A stretch of 60,000 nt of DNA from Camelus ferus (GCF_009834535.1 NC_045696.1:120902001-120962000), one strand, 5' to 3'. Positions 10,441 to 24,250 are shown, numbered from the stretch's first letter. Notes: generated from the letters alone by a model not told the origin. Numbers and translations are program-made.

Positions 10441-11824
10441 CTCTCTTGCTGTGTCTTGATTTTGTGATAGGCTTTGCATCACATCTGATTAGCTCATTGA
10501 AATCCCCAATTCTAGTATTTTTCTGTTATGTTCAAAATAAAAACCTGACATGAATTATGCATTGGAACATTGCATTTTGAATATTAACCTAACAGTAATT
10601 GTAAATTTGGAGCATATAACAGTCATAACGAGAGGTAACCTGATTGTCAATGGTAAATTATTCTCTCTGACATTGTCATGCTCCTTAATTTCCTTGCTGA
10701 CATAAACAGCATCTTTGTTTGCTCTAAGCTCAGTATCTTTGGAAGTGATAGAGAGACTGAGTGAGTCATCGCATTGAATTTTATGCTATCAATATTTATT
10801 TTTGTTCTCAAGGCATATTACTGCATTATTCAACAATTTCCAATCAAGTTAAGTTTTGCACAATTGAGCTTTTTAAAAATTGGCCCTCACACACACATGA
10901 TCACACCTGCAGTGATGTGAAACTTAGGACATCCTCAAAAATGTCATTTCACCACCTTGCTAGGAAACAGTAGTCCTGAGAAACATCGTCTTTCTCCTCT
11001 ATGTGGTCTCATCCCAAATCTCCAAATCTGGGGCTCTACAATTGGCAAAAACTCGAGACTATTGGTAAGATTTTCCATAACACTCCAGTGATAATTAATA
11101 AAAACAGACATAGCCTCACTCATGCCTCATCAAGGGCTAGACCATGATTCCAGTCACTGCAGGGACATTTTTTGTTTTCATTATCCCTTCTCTAATGACA
11201 AGGAGGGGAAGAGTGGAGTAGGTGACAGGAGGTTTTGTTTTTTGAAAAATGGTTTGAACAATGAAAAAAATTTTGGACTGTTGTAACTACTAGACATTGA
11301 AGATCTCTATTCACAAACAAGAGAAGGGAAACTTAGATTTGGAGACAAAAGTCTGTTCTTTGGAGTTGTGATCTGTTTCCTCCTTCAAGAGATCAATGTT
11401 GGCTCTGCTGTAACTTGCTTTAACATTCTATAAATACATAAAATCCAGTCCAAAGTTGGAAAAGAGGTTGAGTGAGGGGACAGGATCAGAAACTGGGCAG
11501 CATGGTACTTCTCTTGGGCCAGGTCAATGGCACAGGGTATTATCTCTGAGACACTGTGAAACATCTGAGTAAAACCATTTTCCAGGTTGAAATCTCTTTT
11601 TGCCATTTCTCTTTGTCTCTGGAGTATTACTGCCAGCTCCCATGGGTAAGTCAGCTTCCAGATAAGTCCATTCCAGCAAGTACGTTAGGAAGCAAATTGT
11701 TCTGAACTTCCATTTTCTGGTGGACACCAAGTGTGTAAGCTGAAATGTTTCATAAGGAGAAAAATCATGTGTAGGAGCTGTGTCTCCCACCACCTTGGGG
11801 CCCTGCTGATTTTGATCGTCTCAC

Positions 11825-12030
11825 AGTCAGCAAACATTCATGGAGCATCTGCAATGTGCTAAGACTTGTGCTGAGACCCAGGGTACAGAAACGGACACAG
11901 TAAAGTTGTTGCCAGTCTTGGGGCGGGGGACCAACAATGAATATGAAAATACATGCTTGTCAGCGTTACAGTTGCTGTGGTGAGGGTAATGACTGCACCA
12001 CAGTTTGAAGGGTGAGGAGTGTGCAAAGCT
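11825..12030. mobile_element. L2 3'-end remnant
   Basis: cagtcagcaaacattcatggagcatctgcaatgtgctaagacttgtgctgagaccca matches the L2 terminal pattern. Confidence 0.5.
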
Positions 12031-13692
12031 TGGCCCCGTTCAGATACATCAGACACTGCCAGGTGCTGGGAACCCCATGGTGAGTGGAGTGTGTGCTGGC
12101 CTTTGCGGGGCCTGCCATCCGGGAGGGGAGCTCCTATGTGAAGGGATGTCACAGGGTGCAGGGGGAGCGTGGAGGAGGGGCCCTGAGGGGTCAAGGGAGA
12201 CTTGTGGTTGGAGGCCTCTCACAATGCTGCCTTATGAGTAAATGGCATCTCCCATTCTTGGAGCTTTGTTTTTCCTTCTTCTGAGAATTATGATGACCAG
12301 CTTTGTGCTTCTAACACCTCATGACTTCATTCTTAATTTCTTAACTTTGAGGCTTCAGACTGTGTAAAACAAAATAATTCCTAATATTAGCAATTGTTTC
12401 TATTTCCAGATAATTATAGAAACAGATATATTTATTATTATTTATTAAAGTATATTTTCTTAACTTTGGGGGGTAGCAGAAGAGGAGAGAGGCCAAATAT
12501 CTTAGAAATTCTATTTTTCTTGGTCATTTGCATCTTAGTCCTTTTTATTTATGTATTTTATTTAATTTTTTTGATGGCTGAATTATCCATGCCCTTTTCT
12601 TCGCTCTTTTCCTCCTTGCCCCTCATTTTCGAGACCTGTTTGCTGTCATAACTCCAATATCTACACCCAAGGGAAGGAGGGAACAACAGTGGTGGAATTT
12701 TTATCATTTTGGATCCTGATACATTTTGATAACTGCTAAAATTTTTGATATATTAGAATTTTGAGTTGATGACTAAAATTGTTTTCAAATTATTTAAAGA
12801 AATAGTATGTTTATTTTAGTTTCCAGATTTACTAATAAATAATTCTAGTCGTTTATCCAAGTATTTTGTCTCACTATAGATCCACTTTTGTGTAGTTCAT
12901 TGTAGTTTACTTTCTCATGATTTTCTTAGATTCGTACCATCATTCAGGTAGAAAAGAGCTTTTCCAGTTTAAATTAGGAGACGCAGTGCTTTCTAAGGAT
13001 GTGAACCGTGGCCCTGTCCTCAAGGAATTTGCCTTTGTTGGAGTCTTTATGATCAGCACAGCCAAACCTGACTTTCTCTCTTGGGTTTTCTCGCCCTTGA
13101 CTGAGCAGGTACAGACGAGTGGAGTGTCTGCCACGTTCTCCACCTCTGCTTCCCATCCCTCTTCAAAAGTCCCCTTTCTCTCCTTGTCAGAGTATCCTTA
13201 GCTGCCAAATTGTCCTCAACAATAAAAAGGACTTCTCTCCCCAACAGAAGTCCAGCGGGAGAGCAGATCGGGGTTGACGGAGTCAGCGGCTCTGAGCATC
13301 ATTAGGGGCCTCAGTGCCTTCCCGTCACCTGGCCGGTCATCTCAGGGCACTGCCTCCATGACCCCAACCGGCTGCCACAGCGTAAGGGGCCACGTGGGGG
13401 TGATATTGCAGGGGCAGAGTGAAGGAGACTTTCCTCCTGTGCTTCTCTTTTTCATCAGTGAGTAACATCTTTCCCAGAAAACCCTCCGGAGACATCTCCT
13501 CCCATCTCCCAGGCCAGGGTGCAACGCATGTCTAGACTGGTCACTGATGGGGGAGTAGGATTCCATGCTGGGCTTAGGTCACCTGTGATGCTCCCCAGGG
13601 TCTGGGAGGGTCCTTCCTCTTCTCCAGAGTGTGTGGTGGTGGAGGTGTGGGGAGATGGGAGACGGCCATCAGTGTCTCCTTTTTTTTTTTTT

Positions 13693-14295
13693 TTCAGTTT
13701 TCCCAGTACCATTTATTGAAGAGCCTGTCTTTTTTCCATCGTATATTCTTGGCTTCTTTGCTGTAAATTAATTGACTACATATGATTGGGTTTATATCTG
13801 GACTCTCTCTACCCTGTTCCATTGATCTGTTGTCAGTGCTTATGTCAATGCCATTTTGTTTTGATTACTACTGCTGTGTAATATAGTTTGAAATCAGGAA
13901 GCATGATGCCTTCATCTTTTTTTTTTTCCCTCAAGGCTGCTTTGGCTATTTTGGGTCTTCTGCAGTTAAATACAAATTTTGAAATTTTTTGTTCTATTTC
14001 TGTGAAAAAATGCCATTGGAATTTTGATAGGGATTGCACTGAATCTGTAGATTGACTTTGATAGTATGGATATTTTAACAATATTAATTCTCCTCATCCA
14101 TGAGCATGGGATATCTTTCCATTTCTGTGTCTTCATCAATTTCTTTAATCAATGTCTTGGAGTTTTCAGTGTACAGGTCTTTCCTTTCCTTGGTTAAATC
14201 TGTTCCTACATATTTTATTCTTTTTGATGCAATTGCAATGGGGTTATTTTCTTAATTTCATTATCTGATAGTTACTGGTGTATAGAAACACAAAT
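13693..14295 (-). mobile_element. L1 ORF2 internal fragment
   Basis: Minus ORF 13845-14081 gives [29 protein letters not shown]...[20 protein letters not shown]. Confidence 0.9.
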
Positions 14296-15482
14296 ATTGA
14301 AATATTAAGCCATAACATTTAGTGACTTCGCTCATCCATATAAGTGAGAAAAGCAGAGCTGTCTGACCGTTTGTCTGGGGTGGAGGGGGCAGCGAGGGAG
14401 CCCTAACTGGCTTTGAGGGGAAACTAGAGTTGACTCATTCCACCCCTGGTGTAAAGAGAACTTTAAGTCTCTAGAAAGAAGCTCCAGAAAGCTGCTCACC
14501 AAAAAGGGCAGCTACTCATTTTTGGCTAAAAGGAGAGGGAAGGGCAGTTTGTTCTCAGGGAACTTCTTCACGGGGCAGTCCCCGCAGCTCCTGTAGGGAC
14601 TGCGATTTAGACATGGGAGGACACGGCCGCCGGGTGGTGAAGGCACAGACACAGAGGCCTCCCAGCGCTGCCAGAACAAATGCCGACCTTGCGGCCTGCC
14701 GCTTAGCTAACTACTGACTCACCCGTGGGTTTCTTGGCTTGGCTGTAGCCTCTTCTGTCAAGCCCTGGGAGCCTTTGACTGCACAACAGAGCAGTTAGAC
14801 GCTTTACCTCTTTCCCACATGATCTCCAAGGAGCTCCCCGGCAGAGGGCTGGATGTGGTCCATCCTGAAGCCAGTTCCTGCATCCACACCAGATTCTCTG
14901 CAGAGAACCTCCCAGGAGCAGCAGCTCTGCGTCTAGCCTTTTCTGTGTTTTGAGTTGATACAGATGGCAAGAGCCACTGAATTCACATGATTATTAGATA
15001 TTTTTTATTCAGGCAATATTTGTCTTCAAAACTCCTACTCCTGAAATTTCTATTTACTCTTTTCTGTTCCTTAAAAATAAAAGGCAACGTGCATAATTTG
15101 TTACGGTACCAGCATTGAAACACCACATGGAAGTTGTCACCACAGATGAAAATATAACCTAGACAAGAGCCAGGAATAGCATATTTGCCAAAGGAAAGTG
15201 TTTGAGATAGTTCTACTCTTATTTGTTCTCTGTGTTTTATCTGTACTGTTATTTATTACTAATTATTTTTTGCTTACTATCTGTACATAATACTCCTATA
15301 TGCCGCTAATGTGTTTATAAAGTAAATCTTGAATGGCCACAGGAAATGGAATTTATCTGTAGATTATCCTTGATCTGCAATTTTGTTATTCAGTAGGAAT
15401 CACTATATCCTAGCCATCTTCAGGAGTGTAGATAAAATAGATCAGAACTGAAAATGGAGGAAATTTCCTTTATTTTCATCCC

Positions 15483-15902
15483 TGTGGAAGATGGTGCTGG
15501 GGCCCTACCTGTATACCCTGGGTGAGTAGTATTTCCTATACGTGGACCTTGCACGGCCAGTTCTGCCTGAGGCTTCTCTCTGGCTGTCAGGCCCTCTGTG
15601 CCCCAGGTGGGCAGAGCAGTGGGGGAGTTAATACTCTCGGGGAGCAGCCTGAGCCAGTGGGTGAAGGGAGTGGTCCTTGCCTCTGAGGCAGGGGGCCCAG
15701 AGATGTGTACTGTACCTGCCCTCAGAGCTCCTGCGCAGAGCTAAGCCCTGGTGCCCACAGTGGGGACTGGGTGGTGACATGCCCTTGAGTGGCTTCCCTC
15801 CCTTCACTGCACCCCCCTCCCCCGCCCTCCCACTGCCTGCGTTGATTACCTGCTTCAAATCCTTGTCTCAGGAGTTACTTCCTGGAGACCCCAAACTAAG
15901 CA
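15483..15902 (+). mobile_element. ERVL solo LTR (LTR16-like)
   Basis: TG...CA ends and a 3' end ttcaaatccttgtctcagg...ctggagaccccaaactaagca. Confidence 0.6.
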
Positions 15903-18900
15903 TGTCCTCTAGAGCAGAGCATGGCTCAGTGAGAGGTTTCTGCACATTTTTTTTTAACTCTTGTTATATAAAGCTTAAATGCTTTTTTTGGATAAAAATT
16001 GAGATAGACAAACTGGAGGGGAGGAAGGAAGGAAGGAGTGATTTGTGAGCCACTAGTTCTATAGATCTTTTAAAAAGCACCTCTCCCTGTAGCATTTTCA
16101 TCCCACATTCCATAATTGACACTGTAGTTGTGTGTGTCTCTGTGTTACTACAAAGAATGGTGTATAGATATTGAAAGTAATTTTCATTTCTAGAAAAGTC
16201 ACATGCTTATTAACTTCCGTAGCTTATTCAAGTAATGCAAATACAGATATCTCTCTACTGGCTATTGGTTAATACAGGATAAATAGTAAAGAATGATAAA
16301 TTCACTTCTTTTGCTACTTGGAGTCCCTGGTGGGGAGGCAGCTCAGTTTCCTACAGAGTGATTTCCGTGTGCACAAGTGGCTGTCCTGGGCTCTAGTCTG
16401 CACACCTTCTCTCCTCAGAGGAGGGTTAGGAACCTCCCCGCATCCCTGGCTCTGTCACTGCACTGGTCGTGAAGCTGTTCCACTGTCTGTATACTTGTTG
16501 ACCTTCCCCTTGAGACCGGGCTTTCTTGGAGGGCAGGAGTTATATCTTTTTCATCTTTGTATCCTCAGAACATGGTATGCATGTGGCATACCAAAGGCAG
16601 TCAGCAGATGGTGAAGTAAGACAAGTGTGGAATTTTCCGTGTTAAGGTATTTGACAGTGGCTGCTGGGAACCTTGTGTGGAGTCTGAAGTCAGGCTCAGC
16701 AGAAGGAATTCGCTCCTTAAGCGCTGGTGTCCGCCGTGGGAGCCTGAGACTTGCTGTCCCTGCACTCTACCGTGATGTCATTTGAGCCCCTGCTGTGTCC
16801 AGAAATGCTGCAGCATGCTTGTGGTCAGGGGTGGAGGGCAAGAGACCAGATGAGTCAGCGCTTTTGCCCCCAGGTGAGCTGGGATCAGAGATGTGATTGT
16901 TAAAAACAAGAGCAGCTCGTAGATGACGTGTATGGTGATGCTCCATAAAATAATTTTGTCCTTTTCTCTGACCACAGACTTTAAAAATAGGTCTTTGAAT
17001 TGCTGAGAGAAGGAAAAACAACTGAAATAAAATAAAATTCCATGTGTAGCATACTCTCCACCAACATCTACATTTTTTTCAGCTACTCCTTTAGATACCT
17101 TTCAGTCCTGGCTTTTCCATTTTTCATTTATGTGCCACTTTGGGGAATAAATACCACTCTCTGTCATTCTGCCATTTTTCCATGTCCCTTTACACATCAA
17201 AGTTATGTGTCATCTTAAAGGGGATTAAGTAACTTTTAAAAGGATGTTTTTCTACTCTCATGATATTTCTACCTATTAATGGAGGGAAAAAAAGTTTTGG
17301 CCTTAAATCCCTTAGAAGATGCTAGGTTTTAGGATTTGAATACATAAATAAAAATTAACCCAAATGAGTCAAATTTTTGGAGGTTCTGTTTTCATCACCT
17401 CAACGTGTTTATAGTGAGCGCTTCCCGGGGACATCTGCCAGTGCTCATGTGTCATGTCACCGTGTGGGTCAGGACTCCCAGGGCACACATCAGTGGCCTG
17501 TTGCACAGGTGGCTCTCAGCAGCAGCCGGAGGGCCCAGGGCCAGCTGCGGGCTGGATGTCCAGGGGCTTCAGCCAGGACCACGCCAGGGAAGCGGCCACG
17601 CCTGCTGCCACTGTGCCAGGACCATGCTGTTTCCCATGACACCGCGCTAGTGAAAGGCCTGTGCCCACCCTGCCCCTCCGCACAGCCCGCACCAAGGCAG
17701 GGGCCGGGGTGCTGCAGTCAAATGGCAGAACCTAGGTCCCACCCTGCCCCCAGCTCAGGGAAGGTGGGGGGCTGAAGGAGTTGTTTGTTATCTGTTGTTT
17801 TTATCCATCAAGGGAAGCTCGGACCCAAACCAGGAGTCTCCTACAGCATAGGGTGGGGGGCTGCCTGAAGACACTGGGCAGCCTCGACGGCAGGGTCTGC
17901 TCTGATAATTAACATCCTGTGAAAACAGCAGCCGGCAAGACGGTGTAACTGGTGCTGGTATCAAAAAACTGAGTACAAAAGGATGGGAAAGAAATGCACA
18001 AAGTGATGGTCGGCTGATGATCTCTGTGGTGGTTTGTGGGTTATGTTTTGTTTCCAGGCTTTTTTATGACAAAGCTATATATTTCCTTGTAAATTAGAAA
18101 AAAAAATGAGAGTTTACTGCTTTAAGGACTCTTTAAAATAATTGCTCCCCTGATAGATGGATGAAAACTCTGCCCTATAAGTCCTGAGCAGATTTAATAA
18201 TCTGTTAAACAAGTGAATACCGAATTGTTTTTAAGTGAAAAAATTACTGTCTTGTGAAGCTGAGATTAAAGTCTGCCTCCTGTGGCTTTGCCCTCAGTGG
18301 GTGCAGTAGCTGCTGACCCAGTTAGAGTCGTCGCAGCTTAAATCAGGAGGGCCTCAGACATCATTTACCTAACTTCAGAGCATTTGTCTCAATTTGAAGT
18401 TTTAAAAAATACAAACATACACCTGTACACACAGTTGTGCACACTTACCTGTTTACTACTTGTCTTCCCCAGTAGACACAGGGCAGGGGTCACAAATCCT
18501 CAGAGCCTGCTACACTGGAGGCACACAGTAGGTACTTACTATCTGCATGATTGTTAATGGTGACACCACAGGGTAAGTGACCGCACCTGGTTATCTCTTC
18601 CAGTCTCACCGGCTCACTGGCCCCCCGGAGATGGTCGGAGCCGCGTGGGACATCATTCTGCTGCTTCACTCCTCAATGGAGATTCCAGAACTGTTAGGCC
18701 CCTTGGTTTACTTGCCCTTTCGAGACCTTTTTTTCACTCCTACCCCTTGCTGGACACAAGAACATGTGCGGCTTCCGCTATTTTCCGTGGCCTGCTTTGG
18801 AAAGACAGCGGGTCTTCTGCTCCTGGGCTCCCACACCCAGCTTGGAGTTCTGCTCCTACCCCTCTGGCCCCGGCCTGGGGGGCCTGATTTTCTTGGCTCC

Positions 18901-21900
18901 GCTTCATCTGGTCCAGAGGGTCTCTCTCTCAGCGTGGGGCAGGAGGACACTCACCCCACTGCTCAGGATTTCCTCCAGATCTTTTCTCTCTGGCCTTGGT
19001 CCCTCCTTTGGAAAATCCAAAGCTAGGGATTCAACTCTCCTTTTCCGTAGTTTGTGATGTCATCTTTTTCCTGAGGTGGCCTATGCTACTGGTTCAATGG
19101 GAGAAATGTGAACAGATACAAGGAATTTGGGGAAAAACAACCCTTAACATCTCAAAGATATCATCTGCCCCATTTGTATGAAAGGTGGACCAGTTTTAAG
19201 GGAATGAAATCAGCTATAGTTATCCCAAATTTCCAGCCACTCTCCAGAGTTTGTCAGTTCACCACTCATTCTAGAAAGAAGCATGCCACTTGGGAAATAA
19301 CAGAAAGTTTGCAAAATGAGTGAGTCTGCAGGGATACTTGTTTTTGCTGCTGACGAAAAGTTTCTCCCAAACAGCTGAAGTTCCAATGCCGGAAATTCCT
19401 ATCGTGTTATTTAGGAGTGGGTGACAGGCTGTGAGTCACTGAGCAGGGGACAAGCTGTCCTTGCCTTTGGCTGATGGGAGCTCGCGTTATGTGGCATGCA
19501 AGGAGAGTTTCCTCTGCCAGTTCCCGACACCACTTTAGGAACAGAAGGTGGAAGGTCTCCGCGTCAGCTGGAGATGGTTATGTTCGCCATCACCTGCCTT
19601 CACTGCCCGACCTCCGTCTGCGAGGCTGTGGGCAAATGAGGTTTTATGCTGTCTGTAAAATCCCACGCTCTGTTGCACAACAGTTGCTGTTTGCAAGGAA
19701 AAATAAGTATCGTGAAGCTTTTTATAGCATTTGTTCCTTCACAGCAAGAGAATATTGCAGGTTGGTGTAAGGCGTTGTGTTGCCACGCTTAATAACCACT
19801 GTGACTTTTACAGCCGCACGTCGGCTGGGGTGCAGTACGTGACCGCAGAAGTGCGATGAAGGTGTCACGGAGCCCCGCCTCCTGCTTTGTCACCTTCAGA
19901 AGTTACAGAAATCATAATTATGTTTGTCATTTCAGCCTACTTTTACTATAGGAAACAGCCTGAGACGCAACTCTCAGTAGCATGAGGTCATTTTTAACCG
20001 GTTTCTTGGTGGAACAGTCTCTCTAGAACATGTTACCAAGCAGACATTTCTCTGGAATCCACTTCATTGTCATGTAGGGGCCTGACAGGGCGTTCAAGAC
20101 CTAACAAAGCCAATGTGGGAGCCTCGTTAAGGAAAGGGAGCCAAAGACTCCAACTTTCTAAATCGCAGGTGTGGTTGTCACCTGTGAGTGACAGCATGCT
20201 GGGAGGTGCGGGTGCAGGGCCCAGTGTGGCTGGCCCTGGGTGGGACCGGCAGTGCGGCTGTGGTTGTCTTCTGGCGGGGAGCGGGGCGAGTTCAGGATGG
20301 GAACCCATGAAAAACACCTAAAATGAATAAAATGTCAAAGGACTCGAGTCTTAGGAAAATTGATAACCCCAAAATGGTCATCTTAGAGTAGAAGGTTGCC
20401 CTGATGAGATTTGGGTGAATGGCAACTTAGCACAGCTGTTATGGGTCAGGAGAAGAAGCCAGATGTTACCCAAACCAAAGTAGAATAAGAGCACTTTCTG
20501 AGTTTTCCTACTTAGGATCTCAGCTTCCACGACAGATTGTCTAACCTAGAATTTTTGTGAGGTTGTGCCCCCAAGAAGTGGAGCAGGTGGAAACCACACA
20601 GCCCTGCGCTGCCCGCAGCCTCAGCGCTTCCGGCCCTGAGCTGAGAGAAGAAACAACTGTGAGTCCAGTTTTGCCCGAGGAAACGACTTTCCTTCCCCCG
20701 TGAGACAACCAGAGGGAGAGGCTCTGAATTAAGGGAAGGTGTAGCCTATGGTCACGTTTTTAAGGGTGGTGGAGCCCTTCTGTCCAGCGTGATTGGGGCT
20801 GGGCCTTGGTAAATAGAGGAAACAGGTTTAAAATGAAATGACACAACAAAAATGCTTCTGTCAACTTAAAACATATCATTGTACGTTTTCTCTGATGTTT
20901 TGATGTGCAGCCGACATCCAGTGTCCTCCAATTAGAGGCCCCTTCATTTTTCTTGCATTAACTACATCCATAGTAAGCTGATTATGTCTTCCAAATTTAC
21001 CTTCTTTGAAGTGGAATGACAATTCAGCATCTCAGTTCAGAATACTAGATTTTTACATTTTTTTCAACCAATGTTTTTAGAACTGTCTTGTCAGTTATTT
21101 ACTTAACAGCAATTTTTGTTTTTACAACTTGCCATTATTGAGTTTTTTGGTGAGCATTTGACTTAGTTTTCCTAGCAAAGACAACTGACACTCATTCTTC
21201 ATCAGCTTGTTAGATTTAAGTCACACATTCACAGCGGTGGGTACAGCCAGCGTACACAGTTTGGGAGTAGTCGCAGTGACTTGGGTGAGCATCTCAACCG
21301 GAAGCCGGTCCAGGCGCCCAGAGGTCACGGGCACCCCCGGGGAGAGGGCGACCGGCAGCATCTGTTAGAAAGGACGGCAGGACTGACTAACCTGGGAGGT
21401 GGTTAAAGGGCCTTTAATGACAAGAGTTTCTACTATAAGCACATTTTTATTAACATGCATAGGTGTGAGTATGAAACTCTTAAAGAATGTTATTACAAAA
21501 TGTTTTCTAGTTTGGGTCCTGCAGAATGCATCCTAATGAACAGCTAGACTCACTTATAATCAGCAGGATCTGTCTGCGCTAGTAATTGCTGCTCTAAAGT
21601 GCTTCTCCCTGGCAATCTGTTTACACCGTGGCACTGTAATTGGTTTGTTCATCAGACTATTGCTTTCCTTAGATGAGAGAAATAACGTTTTGGTCTACTC
21701 CTCATTGAGTTATCACAATTTTTAAATTGATAATTTAGAGATTTAATAAGCTCTTGTTCCATTTGTACATGCTTGAGATCCTAAATACCTCTGTCAACGT
21801 TTTTAGGTTTTTTTTTCTTCTCCAGACTACTGGTAGCAGTAAAGTATGATATGCCAAGGACAGTTTTAAAAAGAAATAAGTAGATATTGATTCTGTAGAT

Positions 21901-21942
21901 ATTAAGTTGATAAATTTGGAAAATTTTAGAGCATGTGCATTT

Positions 21943-22187
21943 ATACACACACAGAGGCAGAGAGAGTCAGAGAAATACAGAGACAGAGAGACAGTGACAG
22001 ATTTTATGTTTATATTACATTATATTCACACACACATGTATATATAGAGAAAGATAGACAGAGACAGAGACACCGAGATAGGAAGAGAGAGAGAGAGAAA
22101 AGCAGACAGAAACAGAGGAAAACAGACAAGGAGAGAGGAGACACACCGAGAGACAGCAACAAACAGACAAATCTAGAGAGACAGAGG
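21943..22187. repeat. Low-complexity (CA)/(GA)/(GACA) purine-rich tract
   Basis: Read directly; it accounts for the spurious ORF 21933-22454. Confidence 0.9.
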
Positions 22188-22459
22188 GGTAGCCACCTCG
22201 GCTTTTTCGGCAAGATCAGCTCCACCCCTGCCCTGTTTGACCAGGACTGTGGAGCTGCAGATGTGGAGGTCACTGCCCAGGACAGAGAGGCAGGCCTGGG
22301 GGCCACCAGGAGTCACAGTGTCACGGCAGGCGATAGCAGACATATGGGTTGGGTCACAGCCTGGGCATTAATTAGGTGGCCCTGCACCACTGTTCTTATC
22401 TCTTGCATGTATTTTTTAGTTCTAAGTGTACTTTTTAATTTTTTTTTTTTTTAATGCAG

Positions 22460-22625
22460 AAAGGTACTGAAGGAAATCTGTGTGGGAGAACTCAATCCAA
22501 ACGAGACTGTGCAGGCCAGTTTGGAGGCCCAGCTCCTCTCCAAGCTGGACCACCCAACTATTGTCAAGTTCCATGCAAGCTTTGTGGAACAGGATAACTT
22601 CTGCATTATCACAGAGTACTGTGAG
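22460..22625 (+). CDS. NEK11: NEK11 coding exon, 166 nt (phase 2 to 0): KVLKEICVGELNPNETVQASLEAQLLSKLDHPTIVKFHASFVEQDNFCIITEYCE
   Basis: Acceptor T14-aatgcag| and donor GAG|gtgagg. The translation gives kinase subdomains II-V (catalytic Lys, alphaC Glu, LDHP, hinge EYCE) and is recognisable as NEK11. Confidence 0.96.
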
Positions 22626-24042
22626 GTGAGGCTCTGCTTCTCTTTCTGAAACCTTAATAGAGATCTGTTTGATAGTAAAAAGCTGTCTGTACAGAGATAT
22701 CTCACAAGTTTCATGATCAAACCACAAACTCAACTGTAAGGACCTGGGATGCTGTGTCTAGCAGTGGAGCATGATCATCTCTTGGTGATTGCCAAAACTT
22801 GTTTCTGATGAAGGGCTTCTCTTTTTTGGAAAATTCAGAATGAATACATTTGAAGGAGACACTGCTGCAGAAGAATGCTCCAACAAGTGTGTGTGTCGGT
22901 GGGTGCATCCTCCAAGCTGCCTACCCTGGTCCAGTGATGAGATGGACATTTAAGTGCCATAGCAGAGGCCTAGATGGAGCAGAGCTGCACCTCCTGAGTC
23001 CTGGGTCCTAGCTCTGTGTTCTTTTCCCCTAGTGGAAACTGGCAGATGGAAATAAGGCTCATTTTCCCCAAGCAAATCCTTCACACTCAGTGAGTTGTGA
23101 TTTATGGCTTCAGGTACTTGCAGTTTTCCATGGAGTATGAAGCTGCTTAGACAGGAGCTAGCGACAGCAGCTGACAGGCACGGCTGTCACATGGGTCTGT
23201 GCGTTCACACCTGAGAGGTTGGGTAGAGCACAGTCACAAGAGTTGGGCCAGAAAGAGAATACCTAAGCATGACCTTGCTCAGATAGTGTCTCCCAGAACG
23301 TTCTGAGAGCCGGCGTTGGCCGAATGCACCTCGGAGGTTCTAGTCATACCTTAGAATGTATTTAGTTCATCACCTGCAGTGTTGCTGGGCCCAAAAGACA
23401 TGATGCTGGAAGAGAAGATGCTCTTTAGAGTGGGAGGCGGGCCGGTTTGGGCCAGAACCTCTGGACAGCCAGAGGGTGCTTTGTGTCTGAGACGAAGGAG
23501 AGAAGAAGCAGGCGGAGGAGAAGCACCTCGGAAGGAGTGAAGAGAATGACAAAGGCCAGCCTGGCTTTGCTTTCCATGTTGGCTGGAGGGTCATCAACAT
23601 GAAACCAGTGGCCAAGTTAGAATATCTGCACGTTTGGCACGGTCCAAGTCTAGGCTGTTCCCCTTCGGGACAGTCTCCCCAGCTCAGCCTTGCTGGGTGT
23701 TTCCCAGCCTGTCTTTTCCTCCTCTGCTTAGAGGAAAGCGAGGGGAAAAAATAGAGCCAGGACATTTGGAGGTGTACTTCTCCATCCAGTGGACTGCTGG
23801 GAAAGTCGGTAAAGTGATGAGGTGTGCGGAGTGCTGACGGTGCGCAGCTACTCCGGCAGCTGTGTCACTGGGCCACGCAAAACGTGTACTGCCCTCTCCT
23901 CACAGCCCCACTCAGTTGGTACACTGTCTTACCTGGGAAACCCCCAACTCCTATTGCTCCGGACTGTTAACGCTGCGTCTGCCACTGCTCTGGGCACACT
24001 GAATTTCCCAAGACTCCTGGTCTTGGAATATCTCTCACTGTG

Positions 24043-24250
24043 GTCCGTGCTGTCCAGGGGACTCTGTGATGATGGCAGTGTTCTGTACTTGTGCTGTCCA
24101 GTACGGCAGCTGCTGGTCACAGGCGACTCTTTAGCACTTGCTGAAGTGTGGCTAGTGTGACTGAGGAGCTGGATGGTGAATTCTATTTAATTTTAATTAA
24201 TTTAAATTTAAGTGACCAGTGTAGCTAGTGTCTACCAGATTGAACAGACC
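24043..24250. mobile_element. MER3-like hAT DNA transposon
   Basis: gtgctgtccag...gatgatggcagtgttctgtacttgtgctgtccagt...tagcacttg...atttaattttaattaatttaaatttaa. Confidence 0.75.

Noticed and set aside
12900..13250. Overlapping ORFs on both strands, possibly a processed pseudogene or an ancient retroelement
   Set aside because: No recognisable protein motif, poly(A) tail or TSD. A tBLASTx/Dfam search would be needed to say more.
21933..22454. 173-aa R/E/Q-rich ORF next to a NEK11 exon
   Set aside because: It is a product of the GA/CA low-complexity tract and has no exon structure.
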